Source: Schmidtea polychroa
Lineage: Eukaryota
Length of the DNA: 64,000 nucleotides
Direction: 5' to 3'
NCBI GenBank assembly: GCA_044892525.1
Contig: CM097887.1
Span: 78,346,397-78,410,396, forward strand
The notes beneath the pieces were generated by a model. It saw only the letters and a program-made list of their open reading frames with translations, ran no database searches and was not told the DNA's origin. This document shows, in pieces, positions 24,401-39,800 of this stretch; the first letter of the stretch is position 1, and each line of letters starts with the position of its first letter. The position numbers were made by a program, and so were the translations under genes.

Positions 24401-27400
24401 ATTTATCAAACCAACCAACTCTTCTTCATTTGCAGTTGCAGATATCTGTGTTCTTGTAATCTGAGAAGTATCAACAATTCCAACATCAGAAGTATCGATA
24501 ATGGACTCTGTGTTATTTTCATAAGTTGCTGCATCTTTGTATTCTTCAGAAGTTGACGATGTTGACGAACTTTGATGTGTTGTACAAGAAATTTATTGAG
24601 AGATTGTGTTAATTCCTTAATTTGGCTTTCTTGTGTTGCTTTTTGTTTTTTCTTTTCATTGCCGCTTTTATATTTTCTGCCAAAATCGCGATCTCGTTTT
24701 AGTGACATATCTGCTCAACTAAAAAATCAATTAATGGAAATTTTTAAATTCAAATAACAATTCCTATTTAAATCATTTAAAGTTTAAATTTTAAACAATT
24801 CTTATTTAAAGCTAAATAAAGTTAATTAATGAAGAGTTTACATTTTCCATAATGTGCCATTTTATTTTATATTAGTACGCTATTTTTCTAATTATTTTAT
24901 CATGAAAATTAAATATAAAGTTTTCTTGATACTGTTGTTATATAAAAGACAAGTATTACACAATAGTATTAAAATTGTAAAAAGTAGTAAAAATTGTTAA
25001 GTCAAAGCGCGGGGCCTAAAGCGGTTGCCTTGTTCGCCTTTCCCTAGGGCCGGCCCTGTCTTCAGTTGGTTCAGTCTACAGATCGATATTTTATTTGCGT
25101 AAGTAAAAAACACATGATAAAGGCTCTGTTGACATTGATAAAACATAACTAGCTTTTTAAATTAAACAAATGCTTGTTAATATTTTTCTAACGTTAAAAG
25201 TCTTTCATTTCACCAGGTCATCATGATAAATGTGTCAGTATTTTGTTGGAGCAGAAGGATAAAAATCAAAATATAATGAACATAATATTTTCCCACCAGA
25301 ATGTAGCTTACAAAAATAAATTAATCTTGCTACTCATTGACCATCTTGTGGAAAACGAATCTGGCCTTATTAAAGATCTCAATGATGCTTTGGTAAATTT
25401 TACAAATTTGAATAAATCAGAGAATTCCAAAGTATCTTTGCGATCTCGACAAGTATTAATTGCAGCTCAAAATCCTGCTTATGAAGTCAGACACAATCAG
25501 GTTTGTAATTAACATTTTAGACTGACTTATAACGCTTATCTTGTTATTTATTATTTTTTTGCTTAGTTCTTATATTAGTTCTCTATTAGTAATCACATTA
25601 TCGGTTTTTATTATTAGATGACAATAGATCAATAGATATTTAAGGAGAGCCATGATACTTCGTTGACTGATTCTACATATGTTATTTTATAACCTTGTTT
25701 AGTACTAATACTACATATTCTTGCAATTCTAGTTCGACAACATAATTATTTTATGATTGAAATTTTTGACCTTGTCTAAATATGACTTTAAAATTTAAAT
25801 CTATTTTTACAATTATCTAAGTCAGCGCTGTCCAACTTATCATAGCCTTCGGGCCATATTTTCTTCACCAAACATTTTGGGGGCCAAGAAGGTTGATAAA
25901 TGAAAAGTCAGTTTATGTTAATTTAAAAATATTTTATTTATACTGAAAAGAAAACTTTAAAATATTCGTAATATATTAATGAGAACATTGTGGCCGTAAT
26001 TATTTAGTAACAATATCTTTTATATCCACATCAATATTTGTTGTGGCAAGTCTAATTATATCTTCAAGAATGGAATCTTTCAAACTGTTTCTATATTTTG
26101 ACTTTATATATTTCATATCGGAGTATGCACGCTCGCAGATATATGTACTTTCGAACTTTGATACAATTTGAAGTCTAAAATCTCTCAATTTTGGATATTT
26201 CTCTTTATCTAAAAATTTCAATATTTCTATTCCAGTTAGTCCACGAGATGTAAAATATGGGTCGGCCTGCACGTCGCATAATTCTATTTGATATTTAAGA
26301 TCAATGGAGTTTATATCAATATTTATTGGATCACAAAATAAATTAATAGACGGTTTAAGATCATCAAATTGAGAAAATCTTTCATTGAAATCTGTAATTA
26401 GCATATCCAATTTTGGTAGAAATATTTTAAAATTCGCTTCTATATTACATTCTTTCATTTCTCCATAGATCTCTTTGCAAGATTCAAAATGAAATAAATT
26501 ATTTCGCTCCAAATTAAACCTTAGCAATTTTAATTTGTTTCTAAATCCAGTAACATATTTATAAAGACAACACACATTTTGATCTTGTCCTTGCAAGAAT
26601 TTATTCAAATTATTTAAATAATTTGTAATGTCCGTTAAGAAAGCAAGTGAATAAATAAAATTTTTATCAACTAAATTTGCTGTCAAATTTTCATCGACGA
26701 GAGAAAAAGATGAACTTCTTTTCGAAGTGTAAAGAATCTCGTCAAGCACTTTCCAGCACTTAACCAACGAACATTACTATGTAAAATCAGATCTCCATAC
26801 TCAGTTTCCAATTCAAACCTTGTCCATTACGTCTTTTAGTTGTAGGGGTAAACCACATAATGCCTCCTGATGGATAATACAGTGTAAAATACGACATGTT
26901 ATTCATTCTTTTTGCAAAAGTCACGCGAGTCCAATATTTTTGCTCTAGCACCATCGGTTACAATAGCAGTGCACTTGTCAATTCCGCCATACTGCTCTAC
27001 TCCACATTTTAATTGTTTGTAAATATCTTCACCTTTTGTTGTTCAGTGTAATGATTGTAATTTTAAAAGTTCTTCTGAATAATTATAGTTTTCATTTACA
27101 GTTCTTATAAAGATAAGCATTTGACTTGTATCGGAAATGTCTGTGCTTTCATCCAATGCTACCGAAAAATAGCAGCAACTATTGATTAGGTTTTCAAATT
27201 TTTTAGTGACATGCATGCTAATCTCGTTTACACGTCGGTTTACAGTCTGGTGAGAAAGTGATACTGTTTGAAATTTTCTTACCATTTCGTTGTCATTAAA
27301 TGCTTGAGCCATTTTTATGGCACATTTTCTAATTAATTCTCCATCCAAAAATGGCGTCTTTGCCTTTACTTTTTCTAAACAAACTTCAAATGATGCAGCT

Positions 27401-30400
27401 AGAGATGCTCTTGAAATTTTGGTTCTTGATTAAAATTATTCGTTTGCTGATCCAGCTGCTTTTTATTTTTTTCACTAGTGGTATTTTCATGTCTCTAGTA
27501 TACGAATGATAATTGTTTTCATGCATGGAAAGATAATGTCGCTTCAAGTTATATTTTTTACACAGCTATGATTTGTAAACATTCGAAACACTGTGGTTTA
27601 ATAAATAAATTATAAATCAGTCTATCAGAACATCAATTCTTAAATATTGATGAGATCCTAGAATCATAAGCCTTGGGTGATTCAAAAAAACATGTAAATA
27701 AATAATCTATCTCCCAGTGATCTTGAAATTCTCGATTTTCGAGGTCTATTTTTCTTCTATTAGTAGCACTTATATTCAATAATTATTTTAATTAATAAAT
27801 AAATATGAAATCAAGTTAATAATATTATAACACAGTCACCCTCAACAAATTCTAGACAAGACTGCACTCGCACGATTGCATGAATCAACCAAATAGCGCA
27901 CGGTAGTGTGCGCATCACGTGCGCCAACAATAGATAAACAACAACCAACCACAAACATAATATGCGGCGCCAACGTTAAGCCAACCATCATCAGACGTTA
28001 AACGGATTGCTGTTGTATTCAGTCAGGTTAAGTGAAGTTACGCAAACTAAATAGTACCTACTTTAAATTCAAATTAGATTTAAATTTTAACATAGTAAAA
28101 TAATTTTAATATTATTAATATTAATTTAGTAACATAAATTTATTCATAGTAAAATGTACTCGCGGGCCGCCAGTTGCACAGCCCTGATATAGATAATACA
28201 TAAAAACATCAACACAAATGGCCTGAAATGACAGTTTCACGTAAATTCTATCGACCGATTCCAGCCAAACATATGGTCTTCTTATTAACGGGTAACTCTA
28301 ACCCAAATCGTCATTCTTGCTCTCAGCAGGGCTAGAGTTGTAGTAGAGTGCATGGTTATTATGGTTTGATGTTTTTAAATGACCTAGAACGACGTATTTA
28401 CGTTTAGGTGAGTATAATCGGGTCTACCGGTTATCAGCCGGTTTCGGCTTGACTAGTATCCTCAGGTCTACCGGTAAAGGGGTTAAATATAGTAGTCATT
28501 TCATTTTGATAAAAATAGTTATCTCATTTTAGCAGGCATATTTTCTTCGAATTTATCTACGTACTCTTTTCTTAATATAGTTCACAGTGTATTCTAATTT
28601 TAAGATATTCTACAGATATTCTTCGCGTTCCTTTTCCCATTGTCAATACATACATTTATTAGTTCAATTTTTCTCGACAAAATTAACTCCTTCAACTTTC
28701 ATTGTAATCTTTTGTCGATGTTTAAATAAATTAAATTTAAATAATAAGAGCACAACTTAAAACAAATCAAATCAAACGAATGTCCGAAACTCCAATAGTG
28801 AAATAACGAAACATTGAGGAATGAATATCAAGTCTAATTATTTTTTATTTTTACGATAAATTACTGAATCTTGATGGTTAACTTCAAAAGGTGTTTGGGA
28901 CATAAGTTATTAAAATTTTTGCCGAAAATAAAAAGGTAACCAAATTATGCATTTATAAGACATGTAAATTATTTTTATTTTCTTGAGTTCTTAATTTACA
29001 CATTTATAAAATGCTCAATAATGTAAGGTGACCAACTTTAAAGATTTTCCGGATTTTCAGTTCAAATAAATATAAATCAAATTACAATGAGCATATTGTT
29101 TGAATTTTACAAACTTCACTATAAACTTTTCTAAATAATTCGTATTGATAATTTCCATATTGTCCATCAAATACTTTACTTGTATTTAAAATAACGTAAA
29201 TATTTGATGTAGGTTGAATCAATATTTCTGTCCGCCATTGACAGATATGGACATCAATTCCGGCCAGAAAATTTGGAAAGGCTTATTCTTTCAGAAACTG
29301 TTGTTTTTGATATTGTATGCGATTTCTTCTATCATTGCAACCCAATGGTTATCAGTGCGGCATTAGAGGTTGGGGATTTGTATTATCTATGGCTATCGAT
29401 ATTTTATACAATATGATTAATACCATTTGTTATTGTTTTCCAATTAATTGATTAAATATAAATTATTAGGATATTATTATACAATCAATTTCCAATAATG
29501 CCAATTAGTTTATACAATTTTTAACAGTTTTTATCTGTAATGATTCGTCACATTCAGAAAATTTTCAACTGTTGATGAACCATTTTTTAAATTATATTTT
29601 AGTCCTCTTTAAGATTCCATTATTTTCACTGGAAACATTTGATGGGCTTCTAACTGATCACATTAATGACAAACACTGCATAATACAGCGTCCCATAAAT
29701 TATTCTACCTTCTATCGAAAGCTTCATCAAAACTTATTGAATATTTCATTTCTAGGTCTATGTCAGACGAGCATATATTGCTTATGAATTAACATGCGTT
29801 CACCAATGTCAATTGAAAAATGGAGCCTTCATTGTGGAATTTAGATTTTTGCTACCAAGTACTCATCCAGACAGGTAATCAATTATTTACATTTTTTGAA
29901 AGAGGTTGCCTTTTGTTCCGATAATTTTGGAGCAATACCATATTTATTGAATTAATATTAATGATAATGAATGGAGGCCGTATGTAGCCAATATTGTATG
30001 ATGCCATGATCGAACTAACTTTTTTTATTTTTCATTTGAAACTTTGCAACTTTGCATTTTTTTGAGTGAAAATGAAATAGATGATACTTCAAGATCGTTC
30101 TATATGTAGTTTGTGAATGCTGCAAAAAAATTTGGGAATAATTACCTCCCTATCACTTAACAAAATGTTAGCAAATGCTAATCGTTTATTAAATTTTTAA
30201 TAGTATTATATATGTCATATTCTTTTTAAACTATTATTTTTTATATACCCTCATCTCGATAAAAGTTGCGAGGAGATAATGGAACATTAAATACATGAAA
30301 ACGGTTCTCATTAATAAGAGATTACTACTGCTGATGCTGACCTCCACTGTAAATGCCTAATGGTCCACAGACTATAATTCGCTCTTAGATATAGTTTCGT

Positions 30401-30802
30401 TGCAATATTGGCTTTTTGTCGACTTCTAATGTTTATCAGTGTCATTTATTATTAAATATTGTAAAGCTATAAATAATATTGTCACCATTGACTAATAATA
30501 ACTTATTAGAACGCACGTTATACACCTATAGGTCAATCAATATAAATGATTTTAGCACATTTTTATATATTGATTTAGTACATATTTATCCGTGAAATCC
30601 TCAAATTTAAATTCTTCCTCCAAAAAATTGTTCATTATTAAATTTTATTTTCAATTTTTGTTAATTTTAATTATTTAGATTATTTAATTAATTTTTATTG
30701 TTTAGAAATGTTCAGACGATTTACAGACCGTAAGATTTCTTTCTTGTTTATTTATATCTATTAGTTGATAATTATTAATAATTTATAATAATAATTTATA
30801 AT

Positions 30803-30852
<50 letters not shown>

Positions 30853-33800
30853 TATTATTATCAAAAAACGTTTACAAAAATATAATATACCAATGATGAA
30901 TGCTTGCATAACTTGTTGAAATTTCAATAAAAATAATTTATTTTTAATAACTTGTCAGAAGATAAAGTATTAAAGTTACATAGGTAATTAATTTTCAATC
31001 ATTCTCGTTTATCAAGTCAATTTTTGCACATCTATGACATGATTTACGAAATTCCTCAAAAAATTGTTTTCAAAACTCCATATTTAAATTGTATTTACTC
31101 ATCCTGTTAAATACAATGATTTGTACATTCAGCAAGTGCATCAAATATGTGTTTAATGTCGTTGATTAGAATATTGGTAAGTATGCTGATAATAGCACGT
31201 TGAATTTTTTCACGGATGCAAAATGAATTTCTTTTATTTAAGGAAAGGAAAATAATTACACGAATTAAAATATGGCTACTATTTAATGGGTCAGTATTTT
31301 AAATAAATGATCAGTACATTATTTAATTGTTCAGTAGAAAAAATGAATTTTTAGTATTTTTAGATTAAGTATTTTTTGAATTTTCAGTTTTCATATAATT
31401 TTGTCAGTATAATTAATTAATTATCAGTATTTAGATTAAATTATAAGTCGGAAAATTAAATTATCAGTTATTTAAATTGAATATATCAGTATAAACCATT
31501 AATTGATAAGTTTTAAGAATTAAAATAAATTATTTCTTTTAATTGAATTGTTTAAAAAAATTAAAAATATAATTTTATCAAAATAAAATTGAAGTGTTAG
31601 TCATCCCAAATATATTTGAATTTAAATTAAACCTTTAAATTTAATTTTAAAAAACCTTTCAAATATGGCAGAAAACACATTAGCACCCTATTTCTCCGAT
31701 TCAGAAAATGAATCGATTATACCAAACGTTTCCCACCAACCAAGAAGAACGAAAAGACAACGAAATTAGAAAGAGGAAAAGATTTGTACCAGCAAAGCCA
31801 AATCCTTGATTTTAATAAATAAAGAAGATACATGGAGCTTTCATTGTCAAAACAAAAAAAAACGATGATAAAAAAATCTATTATAGATTTAACAAAGCTC
31901 AGAGAAGAGACGAACAAAGTCCAGCTGGCATACACATTTGTGTTCCAAATGATCGTGAGGAAGTTGTGGTTTGTCGAACTGAAGAAGAACACGAACATGC
32001 TAATGTTGTTAAAAGTGATCGCCTTTCAGATGAAATCAAGCAAGAAATAAAAAAACTTTTTGATTTAAATCAAAAGTTGAAAAAAATTCTCGATGAACTA
32101 AGAAAAAAAATTTAATATTAAAAACAGGTATCAATTGGGGAATTATTTAACTCAACTAAGAAATGTAAAAAATGGACCAACAAAAATAAACCTCGGTGAA
32201 ATAGAAAAATGGTGTCAAGATCACATCAATATATCAGATTCAGACGATGAGCCATATGTTGTTGCATATTGTATTCATTTTGGCGAAGAAGATGACGAAG
32301 ATGAAGATTAAGAATATGAAGAATATTTATTTCAACTAAACGCCTACTGAAATTAGCAAGTAAATCAAACAATATTCATGCTGATGGAACATACAAGTTA
32401 ATATGGGAAGGAATGTCAGTTTTAATTTTTGGAAATAGTGATATGGACCGTCATTTTCACCCGTTTGGAATATGTATTTGCTCTAATGAAAAAACAAACG
32501 ATTTCAAATTTATGTTTCAATCATTATTAGATGGCTTAACAAAATTAGGCGAAAGTTGTCAGATTGAATTGTTAATTTCGGATGCTGCAGCTGCTATACG
32601 AAACGCTTTTACTAAAGATTTTGGAAATAACAAAGTTTTAATAATGTGTTGGGCTCACATTAGACGCAATATTGATCATAACCTACATTTACTTGAGCCA
32701 GAATATAAAGACGAAGTTTTAAATGATATCGACACAATTCAAATTACTAGCAACTTCGAAATATTTGAAAAAGCAAAACACCTATTTATAAAAAAATGGA
32801 ACCAAAAAAAGCAAAAATGTTTTGTTGATAACATGAAGCAAATGTGGTTTAGTACTCATCAAAATTGGTATGAAGGAGCAGCTGAGTTTACACCATCAAC
32901 AAACAATACATTAGAATCATTTAATCTAGTAATCAAGATAGAAGATACATTAAGAGAACGTCTACCTTTAGAGAGGTTTTTGAATTTATGTTTGGAATCA
33001 ACAAAAAAATGGTCGACTGAATATTTTCATGGTGATAGAAAGTTTATGATTGAAACTTCAATTAATTTAAAAGCTTGGACAGAGAGTTATAACTGGGCGA
33101 AAGGCAATAAAGAAATTTCATCAAACGATTGTGAAAATACAGTAGTAGAGTGATACAGATGGTGATGAAATCAAAATATCAAATGAAGAAATACTTAATA
33201 TCACGCAAATGCGTCGGAATACTTATGAACAATTCAAAAAAGAGCTTTCAGTGCTTGGATCGTGCAAATGCCAAAGAATAACGAAGAATGGAAAAAAAGG
33301 AAAATGTTCTTGTCCAAGCTTTCTAAAACATTATACATGCAAACATCTTATTTGCATCGCTATTCGATTAAAATTAACGAAGCAAAAAATATTCCAATAG
33401 GTGAAAAAAGAAAAAGAGGAAGACCAACAAAAGCAAGTAAAGCCCTATTAATTGATTAATCTTTTGATTAATCAATTTTTTTTGTAATTTTAAATATTTA
33501 ATGTAATTTAATTTGTTATTGTATGATTTTTTTAATAAGCTAATAAAAATTTTTTTTACTGACGAAAAACTATTTTTTAACTTTCCAAATTTCAATTATT
33601 TACTAAAAAAATTTATTATTATGCTGATAGTTTATTTTAAATACTGAGCATTTTTTTTAATTTTTACTGATATAAAATATATTATATTAAAAAATATATT
33701 AAATAAAAAAATATATTGAAAAAAATATATTAAAAAATATATTAAATACTGACCCTTTAATTAATCCCCTTAAAATATAGTGAATATGGAGAATGATGTT

Positions 33801-36800
33801 TCATAAAAAATTTGATTTTTTATGAACAAGTCAAATCTATTGTAAGGATGAGTTCAAAAGATGCCAACTGCCTGGTTTACCATATTTTAGTCGAATGAAT
33901 ACAAGACTTAAGATAATGTACCATTTTTTGTATATCATAGAAATACATGAACATTGTTTTTGATTTTATTAGACGATTTTGATAAACAATTATCAACATA
34001 ATAATCATTTCGCAACATTTCAAGCGTTTCTATAGAATATTTGCCATTTTTATACAAAACTTGATCACAATTTGTTCACAATTACTATCTCTGTATGTGT
34101 CACAAATCAATTTCTAATTATTGGAACGCTATGAAAATTTTATATATTTCCTTTGAAAATTAGATCTTTTAATTACATAGCTTACAAATATATGACAATA
34201 TTACTTTTGTTAATTTAAAGTCATTACGGCATTTTTGGGAAAGATAGTGTATAATGTACATACTTGTAAGCTTCCATCTTATTCTGAGGTTGGTTATCAC
34301 TAGAATATAATTTAAGCATTTTATACAAACATCAGGTTTTAAGGTTAGGCGCCTTTTTGCCCTTTAAATATATATTACAGATGGAATATGTCATACACTT
34401 GCTTACTATTTATAATGCGTGAAGTATATAAATTGTCGTTTTCAGGCAGTTCGATATCATGAACAGGTACTTGCATGAGAATTATAGGAGTGTTGTGGAT
34501 AATGTTAGTGTTTGCTGATTAATGTAGAATGGAGTTTATATATTTTGTCTAGTATATACTTTACTACTTTCTATGTAGATTAGCCTTTACATAACTAATC
34601 TTTGATCCTAATCTTATAAATTAATAACGAGTTGTGTTAATTAATCCTTTTTGATTTTGTTAATAATATATAGTGATCTGTTGTCATAGATGCATTTTTA
34701 CTACCTGCAAGCAACTCTCAGAACTGTCTAATGAAAATAAATAGTTGTTTTGTTCAATCAATCGAGCATGTAATGTATATATTGTTTGAAAATCCTGAAC
34801 CGGCATATACTATCATCACCAATTATTTACTCACCAAAAGCGCTAAGAGTTTTGATATAGTTAGTCTTCAAAATCTTTATTAAATAGTGTTTAAAACTTG
34901 AACGCTACACAAGAGATCAGAATAAATACAATGCTAAAATGAAATTTAATATATCTAAAATAGTTAAAAAGAGGGTTGGTGGTATTAGGATCGAAGGTAT
35001 GGTTAAAATAGTTGACAAAAAATGGAATATATTATAATTGGAAGCATAGTAATAACTGATGTGTAGCGGTTGGAAGATAATGGCATTGAATTTATGGCTA
35101 CAAGCGATTACAATAAAGATTGTTCTGCATCACTTTTAAGTTTTAAAGATAATTTAAATCAGACGAAAGTCTGATTTCATTTATATAAATGATATCAATG
35201 TAAGATTTAATTATTTATATAAAATTGTTCATTCTTTCATTTTCATTTTAGAGGTATTTTGTTATTTTCAGGAATTGGTTAGGAAAGGTTATATTACTTC
35301 ATGATAATTAATTTTCATTTGAATTTTCTCTCGAATAATTCATATTTTGAATCAGCTTAGTAGCTAATACTGATTTTACTTTCGAAAAAATGAGGTTTTT
35401 AAGAAAAAATTAAAAAATCCGAATGTCTTAGATTAAATAATAAAAATTAAAAAAATAATGATTTAAAATTTATTCATTAGAACTGCTTGATAAATCACAA
35501 ATTTCTTCCGAATCTTCACTTAAAATCAATTCTTCATTAGTTAACAAAATAGTTTTAAGTTTTTGATTATATTTTTCAATCTCAATTGCTTTATTCTGCT
35601 CAAAAACACCATATAAACTAAAACTTCTTATAATTGATTCTCTATAAATAGCATCAATTGATCGAGAAATAAACCAAATACAGTTTCCTAATCAGTTTTT
35701 TTTCGATATCCTTTATCAGTAAAGCTTTTAGTTCCATTAAGCATCCATTGGTCCCATTCTCTCCTTAATGGTGCTTTAGAAATACTATTAATAGAATCAT
35801 CCAATGGTTGGAGATAAAGAGTACGACCTGGTATAAAAACAGCATCAACTTTTTTTCTTGATAGTAAATTTAACACAGCTTCGTTTTTATTGCTGGCAAA
35901 TTCATCCATTATTAAAAGCTGCTTTGAACTGGAATTGAATGGACCAGATGTGTCAAAGCATACATTTATCCAAGTCTTCATTATCTCTGAATTCATGCTT
36001 TCTTTATTTGATGGCAAGACAAATAGATTATTTGGAATACGAGCTTTGGGTACTTTCTTTAATTCCTTTAAAATGACCATTCCTTCAGCCATTTTACCTT
36101 TGGAAATGCAAAGCACAACGGTCAATCTTGATTTTGAATGGTCCGTTGTATTTACTTCGGTATTTTTCTCTCCTTTGAAAGTAACCGTTCTATCTATATA
36201 CACTGGTGTTTCATCTATTAAAAATATTGTCCGAGACCAATTTACTTGATTAGAAGTTAACCTCCAAATATTGAGCAGCAACTGAGCGTATCTTTTCATT
36301 ACTTCTATGATCCTATTGGCCTATATGAGTAATTTTTCTGCAAGATAAAGAATGCCTTCTCACAAAATTATTAATCCACTTGGAACTGACTATATATGAA
36401 ATATTTAATATTTAACCAAATTCAATGATTTACTTTAAGGGGGTCTTACTTTTGGTAAACTCCGGTAATTTCTGCGAAATGTTATGTTTTATCCTCTTGA
36501 TATTTTATTTTCAAACTAGCTCATTATCTGGAAACGAATATATTTTCGTATACCGTTAATTATATATGATGAAGAAGTAGAATTATCCAATATTTCCATA
36601 ACAGTTATTTTCAAACGATTAATAAACCCTTTTTTCGCGACTTTTTATTGTTTTTTATTTACTAAATATGTGCTTCACTACATAAAATGTTATGTAAGGT
36701 AAGATGCAAAGCATGCCCAGGAAAGTGGTATTAGGTATTGTGCAAGATTTTGACCTTATTTTGCAGGACATAGCGATAATATCTTCTGTAAGTTTACCTT

Positions 36801-39800
36801 TGAACTAGTCGATAATATTTGATCTAGTTCAATAAATCATGGATAGGCATGAATAACGTCGCAGTAATGTGAAAAAACAAATAATGGATTGTATATTTTC
36901 CCGCCAAAATTTTCGAATGTGTGTTGGAGCATGTATGTTCCATAAACCACGATTCCTGAAATAAATATTAATAGTTCCCATACTGAGCACATTTCCATTG
37001 ATTGATAAAGAATCTGCATTTAGTTCAATCAATGATGTATACTAATATAAATTGTATTTATTGAATTTCCATCAATATATGGTGAATTACTAGATATTTT
37101 ATCTCGTTCACTTTTCACTAGAGCGTCTATTGATAATATGGATCGCGTTACTGATTATTATTATGAAATATCAGAGTTTCCGTTAGTATTATTTTTATTT
37201 TTATTTTTATTATGGTTGTTATCGTATCGCTTAAACAAGCTTCGTAGATATAAATTTACAAATATCCTTATTGGATTTTTATGTGATTTCTTCTTGTATA
37301 ATATGAATTCATGATTTTCTGATTGTTTTATTTTCCACGAGAAATTTTCTTTTAATGTGTACGAAAGGGTGTTGGTTTACATAGATTTACCTAGATTGCT
37401 TGCACATTAGTTTTGATTTGCTAGCTAACAGAATATCCATAAGCAAATTGGGCACATTCACAATTATTGTCGACTGACCAAAATTCCAAAATTTTACGTG
37501 CAATCTGAATAATTCTCCAAATATACAATAAAATGAGGAGTAACAAATACGGCAGACTTGTAACTAAAAGATTCGACTCTCAATCTCAAAAAGCAGTTTA
37601 TTACAGTATTTTTTAGTCTTCTCAGAACTTATCTTTCATTTTCTATGCAAGAAATTACATGCACAAAAGAAGTTCAAAAATCACAGTACAATATCCTTTA
37701 CATTTATCATAAACAGAAAAGCTAATGGGCTTTCAGTATATTTTTACGTAACAAACAAGCTAATTCATATTGGAGTGGTGCATAAAACCATATGATTTGT
37801 AATTGTCCCTGTTTATAATTTTCTAGAAAGGGTCCATACATTTATTCTAGTTATTTCAATTGTATACTTCAATTCACAATAATTCTTCACATATACACTT
37901 ATAACAGATTCTTTTTAATTTAATTATTCTTATTTTCAGCTTTAAAAATGAATCGTTATTTTATTTATTGTGGTTTATGCCAATCTACAAAATTACATTA
38001 TATATAATTCGTAAACAATATGTTTATTATAATAAATTATACTAGAAATGCAATAATTTAATGTCTAATGGTAATTTTCCATAACTTCATTTTGTACTAC
38101 TAATACAGTCGCTCCATCTTGTCTCTTGGAAATGAAGTCTGAGAAATACAAATAAAGGTCAGACGATCATAATTAATGGCAAGAACATTGAGCTATACTC
38201 TGTTAGACGCATTTCTAGTCCGTATGCAGCAACTGACATGTAAGTATCAGCATTGACAAGGCAAGATTTATGGATAAATACTGAGCAGAAATGTATCCAT
38301 GTAAAAATGTTATCATCCCTTGTTATTTGCAAACAATGAAATACTATATAATTCCTTATAGGTATTAAATTCCTGAATAAATGCTTGGAGATAAATTGCA
38401 TATATTAATAGTGTGACAACTTCATTGAAATGTTTGAATAAAATCCATTATTTGAGCGGTAGACAAATTATCTATATTACACATTTCACATTCAGATCAA
38501 TTGATTGTACATTCTTTATTGGTTTCAATGTAATATTTCCCAATACAAATATGAAATGTAACTATTTTACATTTGAAATTATGCTTCCTTGGCTCATGTT
38601 CCCAATTTGCTTATAGAATATAAATTCCCATAATTCATTCTCATATGTATTGATTTTATCGATCGCTTTATTACAATACATTTATTTATTATTCATATAT
38701 TGATTGTTTATCTAAGTTCAACAGTACAGGCAGGCCTATTTTGTTTTTGTGATGTAGTTGCCACCTATAGGGTGAATTGATTCTTATGCCTGTTGCTTGC
38801 ACATTTCAAACATCAAGGCTAAGAATGTCAATATTTTCATTATTTCTTTTATTACAAGAGGAAATTTTGTTATATAATGACGCCTAGAAGTAGGGTTTCT
38901 GACTACTGTTAAATAGTAACAGTAAAACGGCTGTTTTTTCATGACTGTTTTTTAGTTTTATATTTATTACAGTAAAATGATTTATTGAGTTATTTATTAT
39001 ATGCTTAATAAATTGTTAGACATGAATAATAAATTTAGTATGACGCTATATAAAAATTTAAAAGATAAATTGATGAAAGAATGAATAAAGAATTAATGGT
39101 GCGCTCGTACAAAGTCTCAAGGATCCTTCTGTTTTACCAACTAAAGCTGTAATCAATTTTGCAGAAAATCTTGCTTCGCGCTTATTTTGTGTGAGTAATG
39201 TCGAAACAACAGAAAAAGAAAAAACAAATGAAGTGGGAAAAGATTTGACACTCCAAGAGGCATTGAACCTATTGCTTAAAAAAGATGAATCACTGCTTAT
39301 TGCACATGAAAAATTCAAATGGCTTAAAACTGAATTTGTTCTTTAAAAATACTGGACAACGAAACGATTATTTACAAATATATACTATGGTGTTCTTTCA
39401 AACAAGCCAACATCAAAAGATGTTGAACGAGTTTTTTTCCAATTCACAAATTTTTGTACAAAAATTAGATCAAGTCTTTCAGATAAATCGTTGACTGCAC
39501 TTGTTTTTTTTTTAATTTTATTACAACAAGTCTGGTAATAAGAAAAATGTAGAATTGTAAACTTAAGAATCAATAAAAATTAGCCTAATCGAATTTCTTG
39601 CATTTTAATAAAAAACAGTAAAAACAGCTGTTAACCGCTGTGTTTTAAAAATCGAAAACAGCAAACAGCTGTTTTTTTGAAAGTACTGTTTTTCAGAAAC
39701 CCTACCTAGAAGTTGGACTTATAAATATAATAAATCGAGATCTATTTTTTAGGTCATTATGATCAAACCGGATCAATAAATCTTTGTTGTCCTAAATCTA

